64,000 bases of DNA, taken from assembly GCA_017948555.1 (NCBI GenBank), contig JAFMYY010000022.1, forward strand, positions 43,006 through 107,005. The letters are read 5' to 3'. The notes beneath the pieces are model-generated. The model did no database searches. It was given only the letters and a program-made list of their open reading frames with translations, and had not been told where the DNA came from. This stretch comes from Cesiribacteraceae bacterium YIM B00369 (GTDB lineage: Bacteria; Bacteroidota; Bacteroidia; Cytophagales; Cyclobacteriaceae). Made by a program: the position numbers and the translations under genes. Positions 20,119 to 29,669 of this stretch are shown piece by piece; the stretch's first letter is position 1; every line of letters begins with the position of its first letter.

Positions 20119-21828
20119 CTAGAAAAGGTATGGGCGGCGGGCAAAATTCCAGCGCATCCCTATTTGGGTAATATTCCCCTGCCTGTTCCGTTCCGCTAAT
20201 TCACTTTCCTGCCTCCGGAAAGTCTGGGTCAGCTCCAGGTACAGACGGTGTACCGGCATATAGGAAAGTGTAAAATCAGCATACTGCACCTTATTACTTA
20301 TTCCCTGCCCGATTTCATTCCCATACTCAGCTCTTTGCTCCGTATAGTCCCTGAATATATTACCGCCAAAATTTCTGTCGGCCGTATCTTCTCCATATTC
20401 TGTTTGCATAAAGGTTGCCTCCAGCTTCCAGCGGCCTGCCGGCTGGTACCGTAATACTGCCAGCTTTTCATCGAAGTTTGCACCAAAAGGATGTGTAAGC
20501 ACCTGAGAGTAATGGGTATAATTAGTATAGCCCGACGAATGGGAGTACATAAATGGCCTTACCCTGTTCCACTCCAGCTGCAGGTCCAGGTTTGGCAGCC
20601 CGAAAACATCCACATACTTCGTTCCCAGCTGCAGCGCCCATTTATTGGCCCACCATCCATTATTTTCAGTATAAGCCGACAGCAGGAATTCGTCCAGCAC
20701 AAACTGGCTGTATATCTGAAAATGATTCAGGAAATTCCACTTCAGGTCCATACCCACCATGGCATTATCCTGGCTGCCTCCATACTGCTCTGCCGCGCGG
20801 TAAAATATAACCGGGTTCAGGTACTCCACATCAAAGCCATTATTGGTGCTGTCGCCGGAAATAATGGCCTCGAAAAGCCCCAGGTTAAAATTATCGGTTA
20901 CATTAAAGCTCAGGTGATGCAGTGCCATAAATTTTTTAGGATACCGCATATTGGCAATACTCCCTGTCGGAGAGCCCGGTACGTTTCCTCTAAGCTGGGC
21001 AAAAATGTTTGTATAGTTAAATTTCCATACCTGTGTCTGAAGTTTCAGAAAAGGATAGGAACTGCCAAAGTCCGAAAGGATGAGAGACCTCACGCCATTG
21101 CCGATAAAAAAGCGGTCCTGCCCGAACTGCACCCCAATATGTTTGGTGGCTTTTATACTTACATAGGCCCTGGCGGTAAAGTAATCCACCCCGTTCTCTT
21201 TAAACCGTTTCCAGAAAGCCTCCCCGGGCACAATACGCCGCTCCGGATTCCAGATTCTCTCCCGCACATAAGCAGGAAAAACAGCCTGATTCTCTGCTAA
21301 AAAAGTATAGAAACCCACTTTATCATCAATAGTACCCCTTATTTCCACTCCGCGTGTATTTACCATTGGCCTTACATCCGAATCCTGCTCCACACCTGCT
21401 TTCAGGTGCAGTACCGGATTTATGTGCAAATCAAAATCAGGAGTACGGACGTGGAAAAAATCAGGCTTTGCCTTGTAGAAATATTTCAGCACAGGTTTTC
21501 TCATTACCTCAGAGCCCGGCGTCCATTCCCAGTTATCGTTGAGCAGGAACTGAATATTGAACTCATCTGCTGAACTTTTATCAAAATCCGCACTGTCTTT
21601 AAGGCTTTCAGCAAAAGCGGCAATAGATTTCCGGCCTATAGGTTTAAAACCGGTAAAATAAGTATCGGAGAACCGGCCGTTCCTTATTTCGTACCTGTCC
21701 AGCAAATGATAATATCCTGCATCCTGAGGAGCCCAAACACTTTGCGCCATTAAAGAAGCAGGCAACTGCAGGCACACTCCAAAGATCAGGCAGAGAAAAA
21801 CTAATTTTGTAAACCTTTCCGTCATCAT
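20119..21828 (-). CDS. outer-membrane beta-barrel protein (hypothetical; possibly Wzi-like)
   Basis: Signal peptide, aromatic-rich beta-strand pattern, C-terminal ...RRPYLF with terminal Phe. Confidence 0.6.
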   Translation of the reverse strand: MMTERFTKLVFLCLIFGVCLQLPASLMAQSVWAPQDAGYYHLLDRYEIRNGRFSDTYFTGFKPIGRKSIAAFAESLKDSADFDKSSADEFNIQFLLNDNWEWTPGSEVMRKPVLKYFYKAKPDFFHVRTPDFDLHINPVLHLKAGVEQDSDVRPMVNTRGVEIRGTIDDKVGFYTFLAENQAVFPAYVRERIWNPERRIVPGEAFWKRFKENGVDYFTARAYVSIKATKHIGVQFGQDRFFIGNGVRSLILSDFGSSYPFLKLQTQVWKFNYTNIFAQLRGNVPGSPTGSIANMRYPKKFMALHHLSFNVTDNFNLGLFEAIISGDSTNNGFDVEYLNPVIFYRAAEQYGGSQDNAMVGMDLKWNFLNHFQIYSQFVLDEFLLSAYTENNGWWANKWALQLGTKYVDVFGLPNLDLQLEWNRVRPFMYSHSSGYTNYTHYSQVLTHPFGANFDEKLAVLRYQPAGRWKLEATFMQTEYGEDTADRNFGGNIFRDYTEQRAEYGNEIGQGISNKVQYADFTLSYMPVHRLYLELTQTFRRQESELAERNRQGNITQIGMRWNFARRPYLF

Positions 21829-21901
21829 TAAAGTATCAGTTAAATAAGAACAGCAAAAAATGCCTGTTCCGGAGGTAAATTTATAACAAAAAAAACAAAT
21901 T

Positions 21902-22669
21902 ATGCTTGGAGCGGTAGCCGGCGATATTATAGGTTCTGTTTATGAACACGAACCTATAAAACATACCAATTTCGACCTTTTTGGAGAGGAAAGCAGGTTT
22001 ACTGACGACACAGTACTGACAATTGCCATTGCCGACAGTTTATTAAGCGGTAAAAGCTATGCAGCTGCATTAAAACAGTGGGGAAGAAAATATCCGCAGG
22101 CAGGGTATGGCCAAAGTTTTTACCAGTGGCTGATGAGCCGCTGCTCAGTTGCTTATAACAGTTGGGGAAATGGCTCTGCAATGCGGGCAAGCCCCATAGG
22201 CTGGGCTTTCGACACACTGGAACGCACATTGGAAGAGGCAAAAAAGAGTGCTGAGGTAACGCACAACCACCCTGAAGGAATTAAAGGGGCACAGGCTGTT
22301 GCGGGCGTTATATTCTTATGCAGGAAAAACAAAACGAAAAAAGAAATAAAAACCTGGACAGAAGAGTTTACCGGTTACAACCTTAGCCGCTCCACCACCT
22401 ACATACGACCTGATTACAGCTTTGAAATCAGCTGCCAGGGCTCAGTTCCTGAAGCTATTATTTGCTTTCTGGAGGCTGGTGGAGTTGAAAGCGCCATCCG
22501 GCTGGCAGTATCTCTTGGAGGAGATGCCGACACACAAGCCTGCATAAGCGGAGCACTGGCGCATGCCTGGTACAAAGAAATACCGGAAACAATATGGGAC
22601 CAGACAGAAACGCGCTTAACTGAGGAAATGAAAACAATTGTACAGAATTTCCGGAAGGCATTCCTTTAA
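21902..22669 (+). CDS. ADP-ribosylglycohydrolase family protein (short form)
   Basis: N-terminal GAVAGDIIGSVYE...FTDDTVLT and C-terminal GGDADTQACISGALA, the hallmark ARH metal-binding segments. Confidence 0.85.
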   Translation: MLGAVAGDIIGSVYEHEPIKHTNFDLFGEESRFTDDTVLTIAIADSLLSGKSYAAALKQWGRKYPQAGYGQSFYQWLMSRCSVAYNSWGNGSAMRASPIGWAFDTLERTLEEAKKSAEVTHNHPEGIKGAQAVAGVIFLCRKNKTKKEIKTWTEEFTGYNLSRSTTYIRPDYSFEISCQGSVPEAIICFLEAGGVESAIRLAVSLGGDADTQACISGALAHAWYKEIPETIWDQTETRLTEEMKTIVQNFRKAFL

Positions 22670-23076
22670 AAATACCTCTCCGCCAGGTCCTCCAGCTTGT
22701 CAAAAGTTAAGGGCTTGGTAATTAACTCTTTAATATTTTTATAAGTACCTGCACGTGAAATATCACGATGGTTCACCGAGGAAGTCAGCATAAAAATAGG
22801 AGTTGAAAAATCTCGGCTATACTCCTTTCCCTGGAAGGCATCCATAAAGTCAAAACCATCCATTTCGGGCATTTTAATGTCCAGAAAAATTATATCAGGC
22901 AATTTATCACTCCTTTCCTGAACCAGCTCATCAATATACTCCAGCGCCCTTGCCGCTTCTGTAAAAAAGTTAACTTTCAGATTATACTGACTTTCAAATA
23001 TTTCCTTTAAAATGAAATTATTGATCTCATCATCATCAATAAACAACACTTCTCTTATTTTTTCCATTGCTGACAT
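22666..23076 (-). CDS. single-domain response regulator receiver
   Basis: LFIDDDEINNF..., Asp in IIFLDIKMPEMDG, Lys in ELITKPL. Confidence 0.8.
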   Translation of the reverse strand: MSAMEKIREVLFIDDDEINNFILKEIFESQYNLKVNFFTEAARALEYIDELVQERSDKLPDIIFLDIKMPEMDGFDFMDAFQGKEYSRDFSTPIFMLTSSVNHRDISRAGTYKNIKELITKPLTFDKLEDLAERYF

Positions 23077-23817
23077 GTATCCGAAATTTTAGCTATTCAG
23101 GAATATGATATTAAAGTAACGCTGTGTCAGACTTTTCCTCACTACATCTTTATGCAGTAAAACAAAGCACGTATTGCACAAAATTAAACCATCACCCGTA
23201 ATATTCAAACGATTGAACAACCAGAGCCATTAAACAGGTAAGGATATAAATTAAATACTTCTCTTTTTCACTTTACTTACAAAAGAGGATTAAGGTTTCC
23301 ATTTCGTTAATTTATTTATTATATATATTAACGGTCAGGCCATCATTAATCAGGTATTTGCATCTTATAAAACCACGTAACTAACTAAAACAGAGCCACA
23401 ACATATTTAAAAAGATAAATTAGTATCCTGATACAGCTGCTTATATTTTTATTTAAGAATTGCCAGTATAACCTCATATCCCTTACTCTCTCTCATTTAA
23501 ACTGCACTGCTCCTGATAAGATAACACCCCCTCAACACGCCGCTCATTTCCATTACTTAAATCACTCCCAGTTCTCTCATGAATATTTACACTTCAAAGG
23601 AAGAGCAGGCACAATCTCAAAGAACCTGTTCTTTAACGATCCAAAATAATTATTAAAAAGTACCATTATACTTACCTGAATAAAAGGCAATTAAAAATCA
23701 TTAAAAACCTGAATAGCTATTGGTTAGCCTTAAAAAACAACCTTTAAAAAACCGAAAAATTAAAACCACCTGTTTACCGGAATAAATTTCAGGAAAAGAA
23801 ATACATATAGACCGAAA

Positions 23818-23851
23818 AGATTTGATATTTCCAATTATTACCAGTAGTTTT
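23818..23851 (+). promoter_or_regulatory. Bacteroidetes sigma-A-type promoter for rpmE2 (-33 TTTG / -7 TAGTTTTG)
   Basis: TTTG at about 23819-23822 and TAGTTTTG at about 23843-23850 (about 20 bp spacing), about 45 bp upstream of the L31 ATG. Confidence 0.45.
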
Positions 23852-23897
23852 GTGGCTCTTTTGGAAGAAGTAAACGGTTTATAAAAGTAATAAAGCA

Positions 23898-24143
23898 ATG
23901 AAAAAAGATATTCACCCGGACTACAGAGAAGTGGTTTTCATGGATACTTCCAGTGATTCCAAATTCCTTACCCGCTCTACTATAGCAACAAAGGATACTA
24001 TCGAATTGGAAGACGGAAAAACATATCCTTTGGTAAAAATAGAGGTTAGCTCTGATTCCCACCCATTCTACACCGGCAAGAAACTATTCGTAGATACTGC
24101 AGGACGTGTGGAGAAATTCAACCAGCGTTACAAAAAGAAATAA
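23898..24143 (+). CDS. rpmE2: 50S ribosomal protein L31 type B (non-zinc-ribbon)
   Basis: [19 protein letters not shown]...HPFYTGK; lacks the CxxC pairs of type A. Confidence 0.9.
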   Translation: MKKDIHPDYREVVFMDTSSDSKFLTRSTIATKDTIELEDGKTYPLVKIEVSSDSHPFYTGKKLFVDTAGRVEKFNQRYKKK

Positions 24144-24167
24144 GCTTTCCATTAGAAAGACATTTAC

Positions 24168-24198
24168 TAACCCGACCTGAAAAGGCCGGGTTTTTTTG
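24168..24198 (+). terminator. rho-independent terminator after rpmE2
   Basis: AACCCG-ACCTGAAAAGGC-CGGGTT hairpin followed by TTTTTTT. Confidence 0.6.
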
Positions 24199-24408
24199 TG
24201 CCCACCCCCTGCTTTTAGCCTATAAATCAGCACAATAACTTATTTTTTCATCAAAAAACACCAAAACATTACACCTCTCCCTCAGCCTGCCAGCTACCTG
24301 AATTACAGTACCTCATGAATTTCTTTTAGTTTTATAACTCCAAATGGTGATTCACAAACCACAGGATAACAAAACAACTCCGAGGAACCAATAAACCTAA
24401 TTCATTAT

Positions 24409-26055
24409 ATGTTAAAAATCAGGCCCGGCGCCAAAAAACTGCTCCCTGTACTGGCAGTTTTACTGAGCGCGCAGTCATGCATTGACCGCAATAATTTTGA
24501 CTTTGAAAACCTTGACAACGTAAAGCTGCAACCATCTGTAGCTCTGCCGCTCGTGCACGGTAAGCTCACCATGAGGGACCTCTTGCCCAAAGAGGAAAAT
24601 TCTATGATAGATACGGACGAGAACAATCTTATCCGCATTGTTTATAGCGACACCCTTGCTTCAAGATCAATTCTTGAATATTTCTTACTTGAGCCATTAT
24701 TTATTGATGAGACATACCCGGTTATATATACCGGTATACCAGGCACCCCACAAGCTTTTAACGGCACCTACCGCGAAAATCTGAACCTTGATTTTCCGGA
24801 GGCTGATTTTGACCGGATTCAGCTAAAACAGGGTATGGTAACCATTACAGCAAGTAATTCAGCCAGAGAAAATGTGGAGGTTACTGTAAATTTCCCCACA
24901 CTTACCAAAAACGGAGAAGCTCTTACTAAAAAAATTCAGTTCACTCCTTCCTCTCAAAGTTCTCAAACTCAATATATCGACCTATCAGGATATTCGGCAG
25001 ATCTGAGCGATTATGGAACAGGTAACAATATAGTTCCGGTTGATTTCACTATTGATGCCACAAACCAGAACGGAAACTTATTGGCCAATGGCGCAGTGGA
25101 TATTTTCCTGGAAATGAAGAACCTTGAGTACAGCCTTTTAGAAGGTTACTTCGGACAGTTGGAGATTGACCTGCCGAGCGACGAGGTTGAATTTGCCGCT
25201 TTCGATGAAATTTTCGGCAAAGTTGGAAAGGACCAGTTTGGCCTTACAGGTGCCACCCTCAGCTTCGATATCCTGAACACCAACGGCGTGCCTATGCAGG
25301 CTCATATACAAAGGCTCGAAGCACGTAACAGGGATGGAAATAAACTGGCTATCCAAACCAACGCTAATCCGGTAAATGTTGCCGCCCCTGCCACCCCCGG
25401 AGCGTTAACAGTAACTAAACTCGATGTAACAAATGAAGATGAGGTAATTAAATTCGCCCCTTCTGTAATTGATTACAGGCTAACCGGTAAAATAAATGAA
25501 GGTGTACCTGCAGGCACTCCTAACTTCCTTACCGACAAAAGCGAAACCTCAGTAGTGGTTAATGCCAATATTCCGCTGTGGGGCTACCTGAAAGGCTTTA
25601 CCCTTACCGATACTCTGGATATGGGAATTGAACTGGAAAATGACCAGGACTATATAAAAGAGGCCTCCATCAAAATTAGGATAGAAAATGGGTTTCCGCT
25701 TAACGCAAATGTGAAGATTGATTTTACAGATGCTGACTATAAAATTATTGAAACCCTGTTTACAGAAGGTGATAACTACCTGAATATCCTTCCCGGCAGC
25801 GAGGTAAATGCAGATGGTGACCTTGTAAAAGCTAAAATTTATAATGATGATATATCCATTACTGCCGAACGCTTCGAGAAGATTTTGAAAGCAGCTAAAA
25901 TAATCATACGCGCCGACCTTTCCACCAGCCAGCTCGGTGACGGAACTTACCCTCATGTAAAAATTAAAGCTGACCAGACACTAAGCATTAACCTGGGTGT
26001 AAAAGCAGCAGCCAATAACCTTGTGATAAAATTAAATGAAGACAACGACGAATAA
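24409..26055 (+). CDS. lipoprotein, hypothetical (548 aa)
   Basis: Signal peptide with lipobox LLSAQSC; beta-rich, no recognisable catalytic motif. Confidence 0.6.
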   Translation: MLKIRPGAKKLLPVLAVLLSAQSCIDRNNFDFENLDNVKLQPSVALPLVHGKLTMRDLLPKEENSMIDTDENNLIRIVYSDTLASRSILEYFLLEPLFIDETYPVIYTGIPGTPQAFNGTYRENLNLDFPEADFDRIQLKQGMVTITASNSARENVEVTVNFPTLTKNGEALTKKIQFTPSSQSSQTQYIDLSGYSADLSDYGTGNNIVPVDFTIDATNQNGNLLANGAVDIFLEMKNLEYSLLEGYFGQLEIDLPSDEVEFAAFDEIFGKVGKDQFGLTGATLSFDILNTNGVPMQAHIQRLEARNRDGNKLAIQTNANPVNVAAPATPGALTVTKLDVTNEDEVIKFAPSVIDYRLTGKINEGVPAGTPNFLTDKSETSVVVNANIPLWGYLKGFTLTDTLDMGIELENDQDYIKEASIKIRIENGFPLNANVKIDFTDADYKIIETLFTEGDNYLNILPGSEVNADGDLVKAKIYNDDISITAERFEKILKAAKIIIRADLSTSQLGDGTYPHVKIKADQTLSINLGVKAAANNLVIKLNEDNDE

Positions 26056-26059
26056 TAAA

Positions 26060-27427
26060 ATGAGAAAGATATACCTTCTGTTAATTGCAATGGTTGCAGG
26101 CAGCCTTCCTTCTCTTGCCCAGCAGGAGGCTGTACTCCACAGCATGAGAAGCCTTCCGCAGGCACAAACAACTAACCCTGCCTTTATTCCGCAGCAGCAG
26201 TTTTACCTGGGGCTACCGGGTATTTCCTCCACCTATCTGTCAATAGCCAACAGCGGTTTTAACTATAATTCTATTGTGGACCTTGGTCCTGACGGAAGAC
26301 CGCAGGCATTGGATCTGGTACGGTTCCAGAATGGCCTTGCCAAAAAGAATTACATTTCAATGATTGGCCATACCGACCTGCTGAGCATGGGAATGAAGAT
26401 AAATGCCCGCATGTATCTTACCTTTAACTCCACGGCAAAGCTTTACAACAGATTTATGTACCCTGAAGGGCTTACCGGCCTGATCATCAGCGGAAACGGA
26501 GCTTATTTAGGCCAGGAAGTTGCTTTTTCCCCTGCGATAGACCATATATCCTATCTTGAAAATGCTATAGGAGGTTCCTACATTATAAACAACAAACTTA
26601 CCGTAGGCACGCGCTTTAAATTCTTAAAAGGCATAGGCAATATCCGCACAGAGGCATCTGACTTTACCATTGCCACTGACGCAGAAACGTACGCACTTAC
26701 CCTTACAGGCAATATGCAGGTAAAAGCAGCAGGCTTTTATGATTACATAAAGGAAGACGGCGAAGATTTTGACTCTGAAACTTTCACATATTCAGACCTC
26801 AGAAACAATGGATTTGCCATGGATCTTGGAGCTACTTACAAAGTAAACACCCGCCTTGAAGTTGGATTCAGTGCCCTTAACCTGGGCAGGATCAACTGGA
26901 AAACAGGTGTAGGTGAACTTTTTATGAACGAAGTATCTGCAGAATTTAAAGGACTGGATGCGCAGGAACTTGCTAACGATGGGGATGGCCTTGGAGAATT
27001 TGCAGATGAACTGGAAGAGAAGTTTAAATTTGAAGACCGTGAGGCAGCGCCTTACCGCACCGGACTTCCCACCCAGTTTTACCTGAGTGCCCGTTACGAA
27101 CTGCTACGGAACCTGCATGCAAATGGTCTGTTTTTCTCCGAGCTTTACAATGGCCGCTTTATGCCTGCATTCTCTGCAGCCTTAAACAAGGATTTTGGCC
27201 GCCGCTTAAGCACAACAGTAAGCTATACCGCATCTAACAGAAGCTACAATAATTTAGGAGCAGGCTTTGCTTTCCGCTTAACCCCTATCCAGTTTTACAT
27301 GGTCAGCGATAACCTTATCAGCACCCCATTATTTTACCGCAGCGCCAAAGCCTTTAATTTTCGCTTAGGGTTTAACATGGTATTTGGCTACCGTAAAAGT
27401 GAAACCAAATTACCTTCTGCCAACTAA
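26060..27427 (+). CDS. outer-membrane beta-barrel protein, PorP/SprF-like
   Basis: Signal peptide (SLPSLAQQ), N-terminal NPAF motif region, alternating beta pattern, C-terminal aromatic. In-frame MRKIY start right after the upstream stop. Confidence 0.55.
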   Translation: MRKIYLLLIAMVAGSLPSLAQQEAVLHSMRSLPQAQTTNPAFIPQQQFYLGLPGISSTYLSIANSGFNYNSIVDLGPDGRPQALDLVRFQNGLAKKNYISMIGHTDLLSMGMKINARMYLTFNSTAKLYNRFMYPEGLTGLIISGNGAYLGQEVAFSPAIDHISYLENAIGGSYIINNKLTVGTRFKFLKGIGNIRTEASDFTIATDAETYALTLTGNMQVKAAGFYDYIKEDGEDFDSETFTYSDLRNNGFAMDLGATYKVNTRLEVGFSALNLGRINWKTGVGELFMNEVSAEFKGLDAQELANDGDGLGEFADELEEKFKFEDREAAPYRTGLPTQFYLSARYELLRNLHANGLFFSELYNGRFMPAFSAALNKDFGRRLSTTVSYTASNRSYNNLGAGFAFRLTPIQFYMVSDNLISTPLFYRSAKAFNFRLGFNMVFGYRKSETKLPSAN

Positions 27428-27442
27428 ATCTGCTACAATTTT

Positions 27443-29542
27443 ATGAACTTGAAATATACTCTTTACTTATGCCTGGGCCTGTTGGCTCAAACTGCTATGG
27501 CTCAGCAGGGGCAAAAAATTCAGGCGCCCCAACATTTATATGCGACTGAAAAAATGAGTGCTGCAATCAACAGCCCATACCCCGAAATAAACCCTGTTAT
27601 CTCTCCCGATGGAAAAACCCTCTATTTTGTAAGAGAGAACCACCCGGAAAATACTTTCGGCACTCACCAAACCCAGGACATCTGGTTTAGTGAGCTGCAG
27701 GAAGATGGCAACTGGTCTGAAGCAGCAAGAATGCCTGATCACCTTAACAAGAACCGTTATAATGCTGTTTTTGGTGTTTTTGATGATGGCAACAGCCTGT
27801 TACTTAACGGCCGCTACAACAAAGCAGGTACAATATGGAAAAAGAGAGGCTTTTCTGTAAGCAAGAGAACTGAAACAGGATGGAGCAAGCCTTATCCGCT
27901 TAAAATAAAGAAACTTGCGCGCAAGAATAAAGGGCTTTACACTACCGCCACTATTTCCAACGACGGCAAGTACCTGGTTTATGGCTTCAGCAAGCGCTAT
28001 AACAGCAAAAGGAGTAAATTGTACGTAAGCCAAATGAAGAAAGAAGGAAAATATACAAAGCCTAAGAAGATCAGGAACAAAAACCTTAACACTTCAGGCT
28101 CTGAGGATGCTCCCTTCCTTTCTGCAGATGGTAAATACCTCTACTTAACCAGTGATTTAACACGCGATCATATGATCTTTTACCTGGAGCGCCAGGATGA
28201 AAAAGGCCGCAACTGGTCTTTTCCAAAATCTGTAGGCGACTCTGTAAATACCAGGGCATGGGAGTCTTATTTCAGCACAAACCCCGCCGGAACTCATGGC
28301 TTCTTCTCCAGAAACTACAGGAAAACAGGAGCCGATATTTACCAGGTAAAACTGAAGGAAGCCAGACCATATATTTTAGTAACAGGAAAAATATTATCAC
28401 CTGATGCTAAAGTACCTTTTGATTCCCTTACGCCCCTTACCTTTTACATTAATAATGAACCAACAGACTCTGTTAAATACGATGCTGCTGCAGGTTCTTA
28501 TGAATTACGTCTGCCATTTGGCAGTAATTATGAGCTAAAGGCCACCGCTCCAAGCCACAGAGAAAAAACAACAATTATTGAGGGAGCAGGCCTGGTTGAT
28601 TACACTGAAATGGAAAAGGACCTGTACATTTTACCTGTTCAGGTAGCAAAAGTGGAGGGCAAACTCCTTATCCGCAGCTCCAGCACTCCTATTCCTTCAG
28701 CTACCAGTCCAAAAATCCTGGTAAACGGAAAAGAGGCAGATTCTGTAATAATAGACCCTGTAACCAACCGCTACCAATTGTTTTTGCCTTACGGAAAAGA
28801 TTATAAGATAGAGGTAAAGGCAAATGGCTTTGAAGCAGAAAAAGAAACTCTTGTTCTCAGCCACATAAAAGGATACGAGGAACTGACCAAGGACCTTTAT
28901 GTAGACAAAGGAAAAAAAGCAGTGATCAACGGGATTGTGTATGACAAGAAAACAGGTAAGCCTTTTTCTTCAGATGTACCGCTTCGGGTTATCATTAACG
29001 ACAAAATTGAAGCCGACGTTATATTTAACGAAGAATCGAGCACCTTCAGCTTAGAGCTTCCCCTAGGCACGCAATATACAATTAATGCCAAGGCAGAAGG
29101 TTACTACCCGATGATTGAAACGGTTGACCTAAGCAAAGAAAAGGAAAATGTAAAGGTATTGAAAGACCTTTACCTGGCTCCGATAGAAGTAGGACAATCT
29201 ATCCGCCTGAACAATATCTTCTTCGAAACCGGTAAGGCTAATCTTAAAACAGATTCGTATCCGGAACTGGAAAGAGTCCTTACCTTTTTGAAGGAAAATC
29301 CAAAAATGAAGATTGAAATTGCCGGACATACCGACAATGTGGGCAGCGCTGCATCAAACAAAAAATTGTCCGGCGACCGGGCAAAGGCAGTGGAAACCTA
29401 CCTTGTATCGAAAGGACTGGAAGATGACCGTATTACTCACAAAGGATATGGCAGCACAAAACCTGAGGCCGACAATGCCACAGAAGAAGGACGCAGCCTT
29501 AACCGCCGTGTGGAATTTACGATCCTTGAAATTGTAAAATAA
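27443..29542 (+). CDS. OmpA-family protein with TolB-like beta-propeller and CarboxypepD_reg-like repeats
   Basis: C-terminal OmpA/MotB peptidoglycan-binding domain (NNIFFETGKANL...AGHTDNVGS...LSGDRA...NRRVEF); N-terminal PD40-like repeats (ISPDGKTLYFVRE). Confidence 0.85.
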   Translation: MNLKYTLYLCLGLLAQTAMAQQGQKIQAPQHLYATEKMSAAINSPYPEINPVISPDGKTLYFVRENHPENTFGTHQTQDIWFSELQEDGNWSEAARMPDHLNKNRYNAVFGVFDDGNSLLLNGRYNKAGTIWKKRGFSVSKRTETGWSKPYPLKIKKLARKNKGLYTTATISNDGKYLVYGFSKRYNSKRSKLYVSQMKKEGKYTKPKKIRNKNLNTSGSEDAPFLSADGKYLYLTSDLTRDHMIFYLERQDEKGRNWSFPKSVGDSVNTRAWESYFSTNPAGTHGFFSRNYRKTGADIYQVKLKEARPYILVTGKILSPDAKVPFDSLTPLTFYINNEPTDSVKYDAAAGSYELRLPFGSNYELKATAPSHREKTTIIEGAGLVDYTEMEKDLYILPVQVAKVEGKLLIRSSSTPIPSATSPKILVNGKEADSVIIDPVTNRYQLFLPYGKDYKIEVKANGFEAEKETLVLSHIKGYEELTKDLYVDKGKKAVINGIVYDKKTGKPFSSDVPLRVIINDKIEADVIFNEESSTFSLELPLGTQYTINAKAEGYYPMIETVDLSKEKENVKVLKDLYLAPIEVGQSIRLNNIFFETGKANLKTDSYPELERVLTFLKENPKMKIEIAGHTDNVGSAASNKKLSGDRAKAVETYLVSKGLEDDRITHKGYGSTKPEADNATEEGRSLNRRVEFTILEIVK

Positions 29543-29560
29543 AAAGCAGGAACAAGATCT

Positions 29561-29663
29561 GTCTCCCCTGGTTTAAAACAGGGGAGACTTTATAACTGAT
29601 TAAAACCTGATATAAAATTAAAAGTCTCCCGGGTATCTATCTGTGGAGACTTTTTCTATTTTT
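29561..29663 (+). terminator. tandem pair of rho-independent terminators after the OmpA-family gene
   Basis: GTCTCCCCTG-GTTTAAAA-CAGGGGAGAC (perfect 10-bp stem) then GTCTCC-CGGGTATCTATCTGT-GGAGAC followed by TTTTTCTATTTTT. Confidence 0.7.
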
Positions 29664-29669
29664 GCCCTT

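Noticed and set aside
19788-20171. 127-aa plus-strand ORF
   Set aside because: Opposite the UPF0126 remnant, whose minus-strand frame has clear family similarity. The plus-strand frame has none.
20491-21300. 269-aa plus-strand ORF
   Set aside because: Antisense to the outer-membrane barrel gene; His/Gln-rich junk composition.
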